Source: Candidatus Hadarchaeales archaeon (lineage in GTDB: Archaea; Hadarchaeota; Hadarchaeia; Hadarchaeales; WYZ-LMO6). Taken from it: a stretch of 64,000 nucleotides of DNA. Shown here piece by piece: positions 19,661 to 29,750 of this stretch. The stretch covers positions 22,093 through 86,092 of the forward strand of contig JAVYML010000003.1 of assembly GCA_038736355.1 (NCBI GenBank). Direction: 5' to 3'. Each line of letters opens with the position of its first letter. The stretch's first letter is position 1. Made by a program: the position numbers and the translations under genes. The notes below the pieces were generated by a model. The model made no database searches. It had not been told where the DNA came from and worked only from the letters and a program-made list of their open reading frames with translations.

Positions 19661-20808
19661 AGCTACTGCCAGGAATAGTGATAGATAGACCCGGAAGCAG
19701 TGTGGAATATTTGACCTCCGGATGGAGGTACCTACGTCCGGTGAGGGAGAGGAAAACCGCTCCTTGTGTTTCCGCCTGTCCGATAGAAAACGACATCCCT
19801 AGGATCCTTTGGTTGGTTAAAAGGGGAAGACTGGAGGAAGCTTGGAAGACCCTCAAGTCGACCAACCCCTTTCCCTCGATATGCGGGAGGGTGTGTTATC
19901 GTTTTTGTGAAGGGGCTTGCAACAGGAAGGATTTCGATGAGGCCATAGCCGTGAGGAGCGTGGAGCGTTTCCTGGGAGATCTCGGAAGGGAAAAGGGCTG
20001 GAGGGTGGAGCCGGGAAGGGCCACTGGACATTCGGTGGCGATAGTCGGTGGTGGTCCTTCAGGTCTCTCCTGCGCCTACCATTTGAGACTCAGGGGGCAT
20101 GAGGTGAGGATCTTCGAAGCCAAGGAAAAGGAGGGTGGTTTGATGGCCTGGGGTATCTCGGAGGAACTCCTCCCCAGGGAGGTCCTGGAGGAAGAACTCT
20201 CCCTCCTAAGGGGGATGGGGGTGGAGGTGGAGAGGAGGGAGGTGAAGGGGAGGGGAGAGCTCAAGGGCTATGGGGCGTTGGTGTTGGCTACGGGGAGGAG
20301 CCCCCTTCCCGAAGGGTTGGCGGAAGGACTGAAAAGGAAGGGGGAAAAGGTGGAAGGGGACAAATGGGGGAGGACGGAGATAGGAGGACTTTTCGTTACG
20401 GGTGAGCTGGCGGCAGGGGTAAGGAGGGGGGTGGCCTGGGCCATAGGCTCTGGAAGGAGGACGGCCTTAGCAGTGGATGCTTTCCTCAAGGGTAGGGAGG
20501 TGGAGGAAGAAGGGGTGCCGCCCATCCTCGGTCTGGAGGAGATCAGACTGGACTACTTCAACTTTTCTCCTAGGGTGGGAGGGAGGGAAGGTCCCTCTTC
20601 GGAGGAAGAAGTGGAGGCGGAGGCTGGAAGGTGCTTCAGTTGTGGCATGTGCAACGGATGTGATAATTGCTGGATTTTCTGTCCGGAGGGATGTATCGTG
20701 AAGGAGGGGGAAACCGAATACAGGACGGATGAGAACTATTGTAAGGGATGCGGGATCTGTGCCCAAGAATGCCCTAGGGGCGTGATAAGGATGGAGGAGG
20801 AGGGATGA
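19657..20808 (+). CDS. Fusion protein: GltD-like Fe-S flavoprotein module (N-terminal ~290 aa) joined to a POR delta-subunit-like 2x[4Fe-4S] ferredoxin domain (C-terminal ~90 aa)
   Basis: N-terminal [13 protein letters not shown]...[16 protein letters not shown] matches the glutamate synthase small-subunit Fe-S region. [17 protein letters not shown] is an FAD Rossmann motif, and [12 protein letters not shown]...AIGSGRRTA is a GD-type motif. C-terminal [21 protein letters not shown]...[13 protein letters not shown] is PorD-like. The ATG at 19657 overlaps the porG stop (ATGA). Confidence 0.75.
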   Translation: MKLLPGIVIDRPGSSVEYLTSGWRYLRPVRERKTAPCVSACPIENDIPRILWLVKRGRLEEAWKTLKSTNPFPSICGRVCYRFCEGACNRKDFDEAIAVRSVERFLGDLGREKGWRVEPGRATGHSVAIVGGGPSGLSCAYHLRLRGHEVRIFEAKEKEGGLMAWGISEELLPREVLEEELSLLRGMGVEVERREVKGRGELKGYGALVLATGRSPLPEGLAEGLKRKGEKVEGDKWGRTEIGGLFVTGELAAGVRRGVAWAIGSGRRTALAVDAFLKGREVEEEGVPPILGLEEIRLDYFNFSPRVGGREGPSSEEEVEAEAGRCFSCGMCNGCDNCWIFCPEGCIVKEGETEYRTDENYCKGCGICAQECPRGVIRMEEEG

Positions 20809-21980
20809 AGCTATTACTCAACGGAAACGAGGCCGCGGCCTTGGCGGCCAAGCTCGCTAGGGTTCAAGTGATTTCCGCCTATCCCATCACCCCCCAGACG
20901 GTGGTGGTGGAAACCCTAGCCAAGTACGTGGCCGATGGGGAGTTGGATGCCGAGTTCGTGAAGGTGGAATCGGAGCATAGTGCCTTGAGCGTTTGCTTGG
21001 GTGCCTCCGCCGCGGGTGCAAGGGCCTTCACCGCCACCTCCTCCCAGGGTCTCATGCTGATGAGTGAAATCCTGTACGTGGTCTCGGGCATGAGGCTTCC
21101 GGTGGTGATGGCCAATGCCAATCGTTCCCTCTCCGCCCCCCTGAGTATCTGGAACGATCAGCAGGATTCCCTCTCGGTCAGAGACAGTGGCTGGATCCAG
21201 CTCTACTGTGAGAACAACCAGGAGATCCTCGATCTCCTTCTCCAGGCCTTCCTCTTGGCGGAGCGCATTTCCCTGCCCGCGATGGTTTGCTACGATGGGT
21301 ACATCCTTTCCCACACGGCCGAGGCCGTGGAGGTACCAGAACAGGCTGAGGTGGATGCCTTCCTTCCCCCCTATTCTCCGGCTTTCAAGTTGGATCCTTC
21401 CCGCCCCCTCACGATGGGTCCCGTGGGAGTACCGGAGGTTTACATGGAGGCAAGGTATCTACAGCATCGTGACATGCGAAGGGCTAAAGAGGAATTCGTG
21501 AGGGTGACGGAAGAATTCCGGAGGAGGTTCGGGAGGAAATACGGAATTCTGGAGGAGTATAGGACGGAAGATGCTGAGCTCCTCCTCTTCACGATGGGAT
21601 CCTTGATGGGAACGGTCAGGGAGGCGGTGGACAGGTGCAGGGAAAAGGGGGAAAAGGTGGGGGCGGTGAAGCTCACCCTCTACCGCCCCTTCCCGGAACA
21701 GGAGGTCGTGAGGGCACTCTCTAGGGGTAAGGTGGTGGGGATACTCGAGAAAGATATCTCCACAGGATGGATGGGTGCCCTCTATACGGATACCGTGGCT
21801 GCCTTCGCGAACGAGTCCAAGAGACCCCTTTTCCAGAACTTCATCTTGGGTTTGGGGAGTAGGGATGTGAGGGTGGAAGATGTGGAAGGGATCGTGGCGA
21901 GGCTCAAGAAGGTGGTGGAGGAAGGAAGGGTGGAAGAAAACCCCTGTTGGATAGGGGTAAAGAAGGAGCTGGTGGAATGA
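20805..21980 (+). CDS. porA: Pyruvate:ferredoxin oxidoreductase alpha subunit
   Basis: [29 protein letters not shown]...[36 protein letters not shown] is the POR alpha signature. Confidence 0.9.
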   Translation: MKLLLNGNEAAALAAKLARVQVISAYPITPQTVVVETLAKYVADGELDAEFVKVESEHSALSVCLGASAAGARAFTATSSQGLMLMSEILYVVSGMRLPVVMANANRSLSAPLSIWNDQQDSLSVRDSGWIQLYCENNQEILDLLLQAFLLAERISLPAMVCYDGYILSHTAEAVEVPEQAEVDAFLPPYSPAFKLDPSRPLTMGPVGVPEVYMEARYLQHRDMRRAKEEFVRVTEEFRRRFGRKYGILEEYRTEDAELLLFTMGSLMGTVREAVDRCREKGEKVGAVKLTLYRPFPEQEVVRALSRGKVVGILEKDISTGWMGALYTDTVAAFANESKRPLFQNFILGLGSRDVRVEDVEGIVARLKKVVEEGRVEENPCWIGVKKELVE

Positions 21981-22852
21981 TACCCGAAGAAGAGCTTCTG
22001 GCACCAGGACATCGTGCCTGTCCTGGATGTGGTGAGGTCATGGCCCTCAGGTGGATCCTGAAGGCCTTGGGGAGGGAGATAATCGTGGTGCAGGCCACCG
22101 GTTGTATGGAGGTCACCACCACTCCCTATCCCCAGACTTCTTGGAGGGTCCCCTGGATTCACGGGGCCTTCGAGAACGCGGCTGCCATCGCCTCGGGGGT
22201 GGAGGTGGCCCTCAAGAGGCTGGGGAGGAAGGGGGTGAAGGTGGTGGCCATAGCGGGGGACGGGGGGACGGCAGACATAGGGCTCCAGGCCCTTTCCGGA
22301 ATGATGGAGAGGGGACACAACGTGCTCTATGTGTGCACCGACAATGAGGCCTACATGAACACGGGCATACAGAGGAGCGGGACCACCCCCTTCGGTGCTT
22401 GGACCACCACCACCCCTGCGGGAAAACTCTGGAAGGGAGAGGATAGGCCCAAAAAGGATGTACCTTCCATAGCTTTGGCCCACCGCATTCCCTATGTGGC
22501 CACTGCCTCCGTGGGATATCCCAAGGATCTCTTCTGGAAGGTGAGGAAGGCGGCGAGCGTGGAGGGACCCTCCTATCTCCATGTCCACTGTCCTTGCCCC
22601 ACCGGTTGGAGACACGATTCCTCCCTTACGGTGAGGATAGCGAGGTTGGCCGTAGAGACGGGTTGTTGGATCCTCTGGGAGGCCGAGGGGGGGAGGATCA
22701 AGTTAACCTTCAGACCGAAGCGGAGGAAGCCCGTGAGGGAGTACCTCAGGCTCCAGGGGAGGTTCTCCCATCTGACGGAAGAGGAGGTGGAGAGGATTCA
22801 GAGGGAAGTGGATGAACGCTGCAGGGAGCTGAATTTGGGCTGGTATGGATAA
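21977..22852 (+). CDS. porB: Pyruvate:ferredoxin oxidoreductase beta subunit (TPP-binding)
   Basis: CPGCGE...VVQATGC...[45 protein letters not shown] is the TPP-binding POR beta. The ATG at 21977 overlaps the porA stop. Confidence 0.9.
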   Translation: MIPEEELLAPGHRACPGCGEVMALRWILKALGREIIVVQATGCMEVTTTPYPQTSWRVPWIHGAFENAAAIASGVEVALKRLGRKGVKVVAIAGDGGTADIGLQALSGMMERGHNVLYVCTDNEAYMNTGIQRSGTTPFGAWTTTTPAGKLWKGEDRPKKDVPSIALAHRIPYVATASVGYPKDLFWKVRKAASVEGPSYLHVHCPCPTGWRHDSSLTVRIARLAVETGCWILWEAEGGRIKLTFRPKRRKPVREYLRLQGRFSHLTEEEVERIQREVDERCRELNLGWYG

Positions 22853-22853
22853 T

Positions 22854-24698
22854 CTATGAGCCCACGAAGATGGGACGGAGGGAAAGCCTCCTGGGGAGGG
22901 TTAGGGGACGGTGTGGGAAGCCTTCACACTTCTTCCTTATTTCCTCCGCCAGCTCCTCCACCCCATACTCCCTCACTTCCGAACCCCTCACCCTCACGGA
23001 AAGCTTCCCGCTCTCCATTTCCCTGTTCCCCACCACTGCTATGTAGGGAATCCACTCCCTCTCCGCCTCCCTGATCTTTCTCGCCACAGTCCAATCCCTA
23101 TCGTCTACGTCGGCCCTCACCCCTTTCCCTTCTAGGAATTCCGCATCCCCAAGGCAGCGCTCCAAGTGACGGTCCCCCACGGGAATCAGCCTGACCTGTG
23201 TGGGGGAGAGCCAGAGGGGAAGGGAGGGGGGTTTTCCCTCCCTCCTCATCCTCTCCGCGTTCTCGAGTAGGGCATAGATCCAGCGTTCTATGGATCCCAT
23301 GGAGGAATGGAGGATCACGCATCCCTTCTTCTTTCCCTGGTCGTCCGTGTAGAGGATCCCATACCTCTCGGAATCTTCCAGATCGAGCTGGACGGTGGAG
23401 AGCTGGGAGTTCCCTCCCTCCGGATCCAAGAACTGGAGCTCGTGCTTCATCACCCAGTAATGCTTCCTTCCAGGCAGGAGCTCCAAGAGCGCCGGTCTTC
23501 CCTCTTCCCTCACCAACTCCAGAATGAAGTTCCTGTGTTCTAGGTAGAATTCCTCCACCACCCTGAAGACCAACGCGTAGGGAAGACCCATCCTACGGAC
23601 GGGTTCCAAAAAGAGACGGAAGAGGAGCTTGTACTCCTCTAGGGCCTGGGGGAGATCGGAACAGAAGCAATGGAGGTCGGGCATGGTGAAGGAACGGAGG
23701 CGTTTGAGTCCCACGCATTCCCCGCTCTGCTCCAACCTGAAGGAGGGGGAGAGCTCGAAGACCCTGAGGGGAAGCTGTCGGTAGCTGAGCTGGGCTTCCT
23801 TCATCATCCTGAAGAGGCCGAAATCACCTGCAAACCTCAGCAGGAGGGTCTTACCGGGAAGCTTGATCCTGTAATCCTTAGCCAGGAACTTGGCCGCCTG
23901 CGCACCTATATCCTTCTCTTCCAGCCTGTAGAGGAGGGGTGTCTGGATGAAGAGGGCCCCCACGCTTCTAGCCAGTTGGGCGGCATAATCCTCGAGCAGG
24001 GATTTCAATAGTTCACCCTTTGGATAGAAGCGGAAATGCCCCACATCGCTTGCCGGTTCGTAATCCACCAGCTCCAACCTCCGCATGAGGTGCAGGTGAG
24101 CTGGTTCCTCCCCTCTTCCCCCCCTTTCCGCGAGCAGGTATTGTTTTAGGAAGGGATTTCCTTCCAGGAGCTTGCAGGCTTCGAGCCTTTCCGGATCCAC
24201 CCTCTCCTCCCTCCCGTCGGGGGAGAGAACCCTCAGCTCCCCCCCCTCCTCCCTCTCGCTGGAAAGGGGGGCGGGCTCGGGCGAGATGGTTCTCGAGAGT
24301 TCGCTCAAGGGATGTCCTTTACATCGGAGGGTGAAGGCCTTGTACCATCCGAAGGGGACATGGAGGACTTCGAGTCCCTTCTCGGTGAGTTTCTCCCTGA
24401 GTCCCTTCAGGATCCTCAGGGCAATGTCGGGGGAGGAAAGGGAGGGACTGAGGTGGGCATAGGGATAGACCGCCACCCTCCCCACCCCCAGTTTTTTGCA
24501 TAGGTCCAGGATTTCCTCCGAGGCCTTGGAGATAACCACCTCTGGATTCCTACCATCCTCCTCCTCCACCGCTGTGAAGGCCACCAGCACTTCTTCCACC
24601 CTTCCCTCCCCCTTTCCTTCCTCCACCTCCTCCGCCATCGGGGTGGGCTGGAGGGCCTTGAATTCCAGGAAATCGGCGTGGATGAGGAGCAGACGCAT
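22854..24698 (-). CDS. thrS: Threonyl-tRNA synthetase (archaeal type with N-terminal editing domain)
   Basis: 614 aa. Class II motifs are present, including HSSMGSIERWIYALLE, and the N-terminal domain is the archaeal ThrRS editing domain. Confidence 0.9.
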   Translation of the reverse strand: MRLLLIHADFLEFKALQPTPMAEEVEEGKGEGRVEEVLVAFTAVEEEDGRNPEVVISKASEEILDLCKKLGVGRVAVYPYAHLSPSLSSPDIALRILKGLREKLTEKGLEVLHVPFGWYKAFTLRCKGHPLSELSRTISPEPAPLSSEREEGGELRVLSPDGREERVDPERLEACKLLEGNPFLKQYLLAERGGRGEEPAHLHLMRRLELVDYEPASDVGHFRFYPKGELLKSLLEDYAAQLARSVGALFIQTPLLYRLEEKDIGAQAAKFLAKDYRIKLPGKTLLLRFAGDFGLFRMMKEAQLSYRQLPLRVFELSPSFRLEQSGECVGLKRLRSFTMPDLHCFCSDLPQALEEYKLLFRLFLEPVRRMGLPYALVFRVVEEFYLEHRNFILELVREEGRPALLELLPGRKHYWVMKHELQFLDPEGGNSQLSTVQLDLEDSERYGILYTDDQGKKKGCVILHSSMGSIERWIYALLENAERMRREGKPPSLPLWLSPTQVRLIPVGDRHLERCLGDAEFLEGKGVRADVDDRDWTVARKIREAEREWIPYIAVVGNREMESGKLSVRVRGSEVREYGVEELAEEIRKKCEGFPHRPLTLPRRLSLRPIFVGS

Positions 24699-24773
24699 CC
24701 GGCTGGAGTCTTCCGGGAGGGATATTTACTTATCGCTCCAAACCACGGAGGAGGTGGAAGGACGGAAAAAAGG

Positions 24774-25898
24774 GTGATAAGGGCGGAGTGCCTTTCCTGT
24801 GGCTACGAGGACTACCGGATGTCCTCCCTCGGTCTCGGAGAGCTGTTGAAGGACAGGTGTCCCAAATGCGGTGGAGACTTAGCCGTTACGGGGAAGGAAC
24901 TTCCCAGAGAGTGGGAGGAGGTACTCTCCGAGGTGGAGAAGGAGTTCTTGGTGGTGGATTTCGTGTTCGGTAAGGGGGAAGGGGAGCTCGAAGTGGAGGC
25001 TAGACCGAATTCCTCCTTCTCCAGACTCCTGCGTGCCCTGAGGCCCAAGAGGAAGATCTGTGCCCTCAGGAGAAGGGACGGGAGCCTTTACCTCAGGATC
25101 TTTACCCTCCCTCCTCCCAAGAGGGAAAAACCCTACCTCCCCTCCCTCCTCCTCGGGCTGACGCTCCTTTCGGTTTTCGGATCCAGCTACTTCTTTCTTT
25201 TCGGAGAAACGACGAAGGCCATGCTCTTCTCCATAAGTCTGATGGGAATCCTGGCTTCGCATGAACTCGGCCACGGGATCGCCGCTAGGAGAAACGGAGT
25301 GGAGGCTTCCCCCCCATACTTCATCCCAGCACCCACCTATCTGGGCACGTTGGGAGCGGTGGTGAGGGTGAGGAGCCCCATCCCTTCTAGGAATGCCCTG
25401 GTAGAGGTAGGGGCCTATGGGCCCTTGCTTGGTTTCCTGGCGGCCCTCTCCGTCAGTTTGCTGGGACTCCTCTGGGGAGGGAAGGGAGAAACGGGTTTCC
25501 TCACGACTCCGGTTCTCCTCTTCCTGAGGTCACTGGTCGGGAGGGGGTCCGACAATCCCCTCGTTCTCGCGGGTTCGGTAATGATGGTCATCACCTTCCT
25601 CAACCTCCTCCCTGCAGGGCAGCTGGATGGGGGACACGTGGCGAGGGGGCTCATGAATACTAGGAACCACCACACCCTCACGAAGATCGTGGGTCTGGGT
25701 CTTCTTTTCTCGGGCCTCCTTCTACCCTACTATCCCTTCTTTTGGGTCTGGGGCTTCCTCATCCTCCTCTTTTTCGGTCGTCCACATGCTGGGGTGCTGG
25801 ACGATCTTTCCCCCCTCTCCTCCTCCCACCGTTTTCTGGCCTTCGCGACCTTCCTCCTCCTTCCCCTCACCTTTCCCCTGCCCGAGGTATGGGTATGA
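24774..25898 (+). CDS. Site-2 protease family (M50) intramembrane metalloprotease with N-terminal zinc ribbon
   Basis: HELGHGIAARRNG (HExxH) and NLLPAGQLDGGH (LDG motif). N-terminal CLSCG...CPKCGG forms a ribbon. The start is uncertain: GTG at 24774 would keep the ribbon intact, whereas the first ATG at 24819 would split it. Confidence 0.7.
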   Translation: MIRAECLSCGYEDYRMSSLGLGELLKDRCPKCGGDLAVTGKELPREWEEVLSEVEKEFLVVDFVFGKGEGELEVEARPNSSFSRLLRALRPKRKICALRRRDGSLYLRIFTLPPPKREKPYLPSLLLGLTLLSVFGSSYFFLFGETTKAMLFSISLMGILASHELGHGIAARRNGVEASPPYFIPAPTYLGTLGAVVRVRSPIPSRNALVEVGAYGPLLGFLAALSVSLLGLLWGGKGETGFLTTPVLLFLRSLVGRGSDNPLVLAGSVMMVITFLNLLPAGQLDGGHVARGLMNTRNHHTLTKIVGLGLLFSGLLLPYYPFFWVWGFLILLFFGRPHAGVLDDLSPLSSSHRFLAFATFLLLPLTFPLPEVWV

Positions 25899-26485
25899 AG
25901 GGAAAGCTGCTCTGCGTGGAGGGATTGGATGGATGCGGCAAGAGCACGCAGGTGGACCTCTTGGCGAAGTGGTTGCGTTCTTTGGGCTATCCTGTTTTGC
26001 GTACGGCGGAACCGACCAAGGGATCCATAGGAAGACTCATAAGGAAGGGGCTGAGGGAAGGGGGCCTGACCGCCGAGGTGGAGGCCCTCCTCTTCGCCGC
26101 CGATAGGATGGACCATGCCTCCCGTCTGCTTTTCCCCGCCCTGAGGGAGGGAAAGATGGTGGTGAGTGAAAGGGGCCTTTACTCTTCCATAGCCTACCAG
26201 TGCGCAAGGGGTTTGAAGGAGGAATGGATAAGGGAGCTCAACAGGTTTTCCCCCCTTCCAGACCTCACCCTTTTCTTGGACCTCCCCCCAGAGGAATGTT
26301 TGAAGAGGATGGAGGGGAAGAAACTGGATCTCTTTGAGAGGGATTTGGAGTTCCAGAGGAAGGTCAGGGAGAAATACTTGGAGTTGGTCGGGAGGGGGGA
26401 GATGGAGAGGATAGAGGGGAGGGGATCGGTGGGGGAGGTACATGAAAGGATGAAGGAAGCGGTGTTGCGGTGGTTAGGGAGGTGA
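25889..26485 (+). CDS. tmk: Thymidylate kinase
   Basis: CVEGLDGCGKSTQ P-loop and a DRM/DH region (AADRMDHASRL). Confidence 0.85.
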   Translation: MGMKGKLLCVEGLDGCGKSTQVDLLAKWLRSLGYPVLRTAEPTKGSIGRLIRKGLREGGLTAEVEALLFAADRMDHASRLLFPALREGKMVVSERGLYSSIAYQCARGLKEEWIRELNRFSPLPDLTLFLDLPPEECLKRMEGKKLDLFERDLEFQRKVREKYLELVGRGEMERIEGRGSVGEVHERMKEAVLRWLGR

Positions 26486-26489
26486 AGGA

Positions 26490-27839
26490 ATGGTTCTAGA
26501 AAGATTGGGAAAGGCCCTGCATGGAGCCCTTCAAAAGCTCGCCAGGGCCCCGCATTTGGATGAGGAAACGGTGAAGGAGCTCGTGAGGGATCTCCAGAGG
26601 GCCCTTCTACAGGCGGATGTGAACGTTCAGCTGGTCCTCGACCTCACGAAGAGGTTGGAGGAACGCCTCAGGAAGGAGGTCCCCCCGCCGGGGATGAGCA
26701 GAAGGGAACATGCGGTGAAGATAGTTTACGAGGAACTCTCCAGTCTATTGGGGAAACCCTCTTCCTTTGAGCTGAAGAGGGGAGGACCTACCGTGGTCCT
26801 CATGGTGGGTCTTCAGGGGAGCGGTAAAACCACTTCCGTGGCCAAGCTAGCCTACCACTTCAAGAAAAAGGGCTTTAGGGTGGGAATCGTATGTGCCGAT
26901 ACCTTCAGGGCTGGAGCCTATGAGCAACTTTTCCAGCTCGGTCAGAAGGCTGGAGTGGAAGTTTGGGGGGACCCCACGGCAAAGGATTCGGTTGAGCTCG
27001 CCAGGAGGGGGGTGGAGGAACTTAGGAAGAAATGCGACCTGATCCTCGTGGATTCGGCGGGGAGACACAAGGAGGAGAGGGGACTGATGGAGGAGATGAA
27101 GAAGATGGTGGAAGAACTGCAGCCGGATGAGGTGATGCTGGTGGTGGATGGCACCCTGGGACAGCAGGCTAGGGATCAGGCGGAGGCCTTCAGGAAGGTG
27201 GCACCCTTGGGCTCCATCCTCGTGACCAAGCTCGATGGGACGGCGAAGGGTGGAGGAGCCCTTTCGGCCGTGGCGGCCACGGGTGCACCCATCAAGTTCA
27301 TAGGGACGGGGGAACACCTGGAGGACCTAGAACCCTTTTCTCCCCCGAAGTTCATGGCGAGGCTTTTGGGAATGGGGGACTTGGAGACTTTCTTCAGGAG
27401 GATGGAGGAGACGATGGGGGAAAAGGCCGGGGAGGAGATGAAGGAAGCCCTCAGGGGAAAGCTCACCCTCAAAATGGTTTACGAGCAGTTGGAGGCCATG
27501 AGCAAGATGGGTCCCCTGAAAAAGATAGCCAACCTCCTTCCCGGGGTGGGGGTCTCCCTTTCGGAAGAGCAGTTGAGGGTGGGGGAGGAAAAACTGAAAC
27601 GTTTCAAGGTGATCATGCAATCGATGACACCCCAGGAACTGGAAAACCCCGAGATCCTCAACGCTTCCAGGATAAGGAGGATAGCCAAGGGATCTGGTAC
27701 GAGCGAGGCGGAAGTGAGGGAACTTTTGAAGCAATATGAGCTCATGAAGAAGATGCTGAAAATGCTTGGGAAGGGGAGACTGCCCAGGGTGGGGCCTCTG
27801 GGAAAGCTGGTGAAAGAACTGGAAAAGAGGGGGAGATAG
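26490..27839 (+). CDS. srp54: Signal recognition particle protein SRP54
   Basis: N domain, G domain (GLQGSGKTTSVAKLA, DTFRAGA, LVDSAGRH, TKLDG) and an M domain with a Met-rich C-terminus. Confidence 0.93.
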   Translation: MVLERLGKALHGALQKLARAPHLDEETVKELVRDLQRALLQADVNVQLVLDLTKRLEERLRKEVPPPGMSRREHAVKIVYEELSSLLGKPSSFELKRGGPTVVLMVGLQGSGKTTSVAKLAYHFKKKGFRVGIVCADTFRAGAYEQLFQLGQKAGVEVWGDPTAKDSVELARRGVEELRKKCDLILVDSAGRHKEERGLMEEMKKMVEELQPDEVMLVVDGTLGQQARDQAEAFRKVAPLGSILVTKLDGTAKGGGALSAVAATGAPIKFIGTGEHLEDLEPFSPPKFMARLLGMGDLETFFRRMEETMGEKAGEEMKEALRGKLTLKMVYEQLEAMSKMGPLKKIANLLPGVGVSLSEEQLRVGEEKLKRFKVIMQSMTPQELENPEILNASRIRRIAKGSGTSEAEVRELLKQYELMKKMLKMLGKGRLPRVGPLGKLVKELEKRGR

Positions 27840-27873
27840 GTTTTTGAGGCATCCAGTTCCACTTTTTTGCGAT

Positions 27874-28140
27874 ATGACCAAGGCTAGGAAGAAGCTCACC
27901 AAGAAGAGGGGAGAGGCCCTCACGGCTGGGAGGATCATGGGAGGTTTTGAGATGGGGGAAAGGGTGGTGTTGAAGATAGAGCCCAGCGTGCAGAAGGGGA
28001 GGCCCCATCCGAGGTACCAGGGAAGGGTGGGAGTGGTGGTGGGTAGGAGGGGAAGGGCCTACGAGGTGGAGATTACCGATGGAGGGAAAAGGAAAAGGAT
28101 TATTATTTTGCCTGAGCACCTGCAAAGGGTGGGTGAGTGA
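27874..28140 (+). CDS. rpl21e: Ribosomal protein L21e
   Basis: EPSVQKGRPHPRYQGRVGVVVGRRGRAYEVEITDGGKRKRIIILPEHLQRV is the L21e signature. The ATG at 27844 is an alternative start. Confidence 0.8.
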   Translation: MTKARKKLTKKRGEALTAGRIMGGFEMGERVVLKIEPSVQKGRPHPRYQGRVGVVVGRRGRAYEVEITDGGKRKRIIILPEHLQRVGE

Positions 28141-28475
28141 TAGGTTCTGGGATAGTTTCGGAAAGACCGGTTACGCTGGCTGAGGTCCTGCAGCTCCTCG
28201 AGGAGATAAAGAAGGAAAGGGAGCTCAGGTACGAACAGCGCTTGGATTACGATTATGCCCAGAAGTTCGTGAGGGTGAAGCCGGATGGGGCCGCCAAACT
28301 GGTGGAGGAATTGATGAAGAACTTCGAGCTCAGGGAGACGGTGGCGGTCCAGCTGGTGGATCTGATGCCCGAGACCCCTGAGGAAGTGGAAATGCTTCTC
28401 TCGAAGGAGAGGAAAAGACTGAGTCCAGAGGAGACCAAGAAGTTGTTGGAGCTCCTCGACCAATATAGGAAGTGA
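28137..28475 (+). CDS. rpoF: DNA-directed RNA polymerase subunit F (Rpo4, Rpb4-like)
   Basis: GTG start overlapping the L21e stop. It sits in the conserved archaeal L21e-RpoF-DUF655 neighbourhood. Small acidic/helical protein (LAEVLQLLEEIKKE...). Confidence 0.7.
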   Translation: MIGSGIVSERPVTLAEVLQLLEEIKKERELRYEQRLDYDYAQKFVRVKPDGAAKLVEELMKNFELRETVAVQLVDLMPETPEEVEMLLSKERKRLSPEETKKLLELLDQYRK

Positions 28476-28491
28476 AGAAGGGGAGGAGACT

Positions 28492-29082
28492 TTGGCTCAG
28501 AAGAAGTTTGAGGATTACGGGATAGTGTTGGACTTCCTCCCACAGGGCCATCCGAACGATCCCAGACCCATCCATCTCAGGGAGCCTGTGGTCCAGCTTT
28601 TGGGCGAAGACTTCTTCACCCTCTTGGAAGTGGTGCCCAAGAAGGGGATGAAGTTCGAGGTGCAGGAAAGGGTGTTCATAGGTAAGGGGGAGAGGGAAAA
28701 GGTGGAGAGGATCAGGAGGAGAATAGGTTACGAGGATTTGACGGCGGCGGCCAAGGCGGTGCTCCCGGAAGCGGTGAGGAAGCTCGTGGAAAGCCATCCC
28801 GAGAGGTTCTTGGATTTTTTCAACAAGGCAGGTCCTGTGACCACGAGGTTCCACCAGTTAGAGCTCATTCCTGGAATAGGAAAGAAACTCATGTGGAGTA
28901 TCTTGGAGGAGAGGGAGAAGGCCCCCTTTTCCAGCTTGGAGGATCTCAAGAACAGGGTGAAAGGCCTGGGGGACCTGAAGGAGATGGTGGCCAACAGGAT
29001 CCTGAAAGAACTGAAGGGTGAGGACAGGTACAGGATTTTCGTTAGGCCACCCTCGAAGAAGGCTGAGGAAGAGGAGGTCTAG
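28492..29082 (+). CDS. DUF655-family protein (predicted nucleic-acid-binding protein with HhH), conserved partner of rpl21e/rpoF
   Basis: YGIVLDFLPQGHPNDPRP...FFTLLEVVPK...HQLELIPGIGKKLMWSILEERE matches DUF655. TTG start after GGGGAGGAG. Confidence 0.7.
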   Translation: MAQKKFEDYGIVLDFLPQGHPNDPRPIHLREPVVQLLGEDFFTLLEVVPKKGMKFEVQERVFIGKGEREKVERIRRRIGYEDLTAAAKAVLPEAVRKLVESHPERFLDFFNKAGPVTTRFHQLELIPGIGKKLMWSILEEREKAPFSSLEDLKNRVKGLGDLKEMVANRILKELKGEDRYRIFVRPPSKKAEEEEV

Positions 29083-29132
29083 GGGGCCTTAGGGCTCTCC
29101 GGACATGCCTTTCGGCCGGGAAAGGGGGAAGG

Positions 29133-29402
29133 TTACTCACGGATGGTCTCCAGCAGGCTTAGGAGGTTCCAGATGGAGGTCCTAGCGTGCATGGGAATGT
29201 TGGGGTCGTTGCTGGCTTCCTCGAGCATGCTGGCGGCGAAGGCAGCCCTCACGGAAGGTTCTTCACCCTTTTTCAACAGGGTCTCCCTAGCTTGGCTGGC
29301 AAGCCTTCTGATGTTTCTGGGGACCGAGGGATCCCCGGCCAAGTTCAAGAGCAGTTCGCTGGCTTTTTTGAGCTTCGCCTCCGTCTCGGAGGACAAGGAC
29401 AT
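29133..29402 (-). CDS. UPF0147-family small protein
   Basis: MSLSSETEAKLKKASELLLNLAGDPSVPRNIRRLASQARETLLKKGEEPSVRAAFAASMLEEASNDPNIPMHARTSIWNLLSLLETI matches the conserved archaeal UPF0147 pattern (SVPRNIRR...NDPNMP.HTRT.IW). The ORF-track version (164 aa) is over-extended at its N-terminus. Confidence 0.8.
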   Translation of the reverse strand: MSLSSETEAKLKKASELLLNLAGDPSVPRNIRRLASQARETLLKKGEEPSVRAAFAASMLEEASNDPNIPMHARTSIWNLLSLLETIRE

Positions 29403-29448
29403 CACCAGAATAATAAAGGTGGGAGGGTTAAAAGGGAGAGGGGATGAA

Positions 29449-29748
29449 GTGTCGGAGAAGGAACTGAGCAAGGCAGTGGAGGCCCTCTTCTCCGGGGCGA
29501 GGATGCTTTCCATCCATTGTGGGGAATGTAGAGGTCCCCTCTTCGAAAAGGATGGAAAGGTTTTCTGTCCTTCATGTGGGGAGAAAGAAAAAAAGAAGCC
29601 GGAGAGTGATTTGAAGGAGACCCTCAAGAAAAAGCTGGAGGAGCTGAAGAGCAGGCTGGAGACCGAAAAGGATCACGATCAGATGATGAAGATCCTCAAG
29701 GAAATCGAAGCGCTGGTAGAGGTGCTCAAAAAACTTGAGGGTTCATGA
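29449..29748 (+). CDS. UPF0148-family zinc-ribbon protein (Sjogren/scleroderma autoantigen-1-like)
   Basis: MLSIHCGECRGPLFEKDGKVFCPSCG followed by a coiled-coil tail. The long ORF-track version (from 29143) would overlap UPF0147 on the opposite strand, so it is trimmed to the GTG at 29449; the ATG at 29503 is an alternative. Confidence 0.6.
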   Translation: MSEKELSKAVEALFSGARMLSIHCGECRGPLFEKDGKVFCPSCGEKEKKKPESDLKETLKKKLEELKSRLETEKDHDQMMKILKEIEALVEVLKKLEGS

Positions 29749-29750
29749 GG

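Noticed and set aside
29143-29448. 5' part of the 201-aa plus ORF
   Set aside because: It overlaps the UPF0147 gene on the opposite strand, and only the C-terminal part matches the UPF0148 family.
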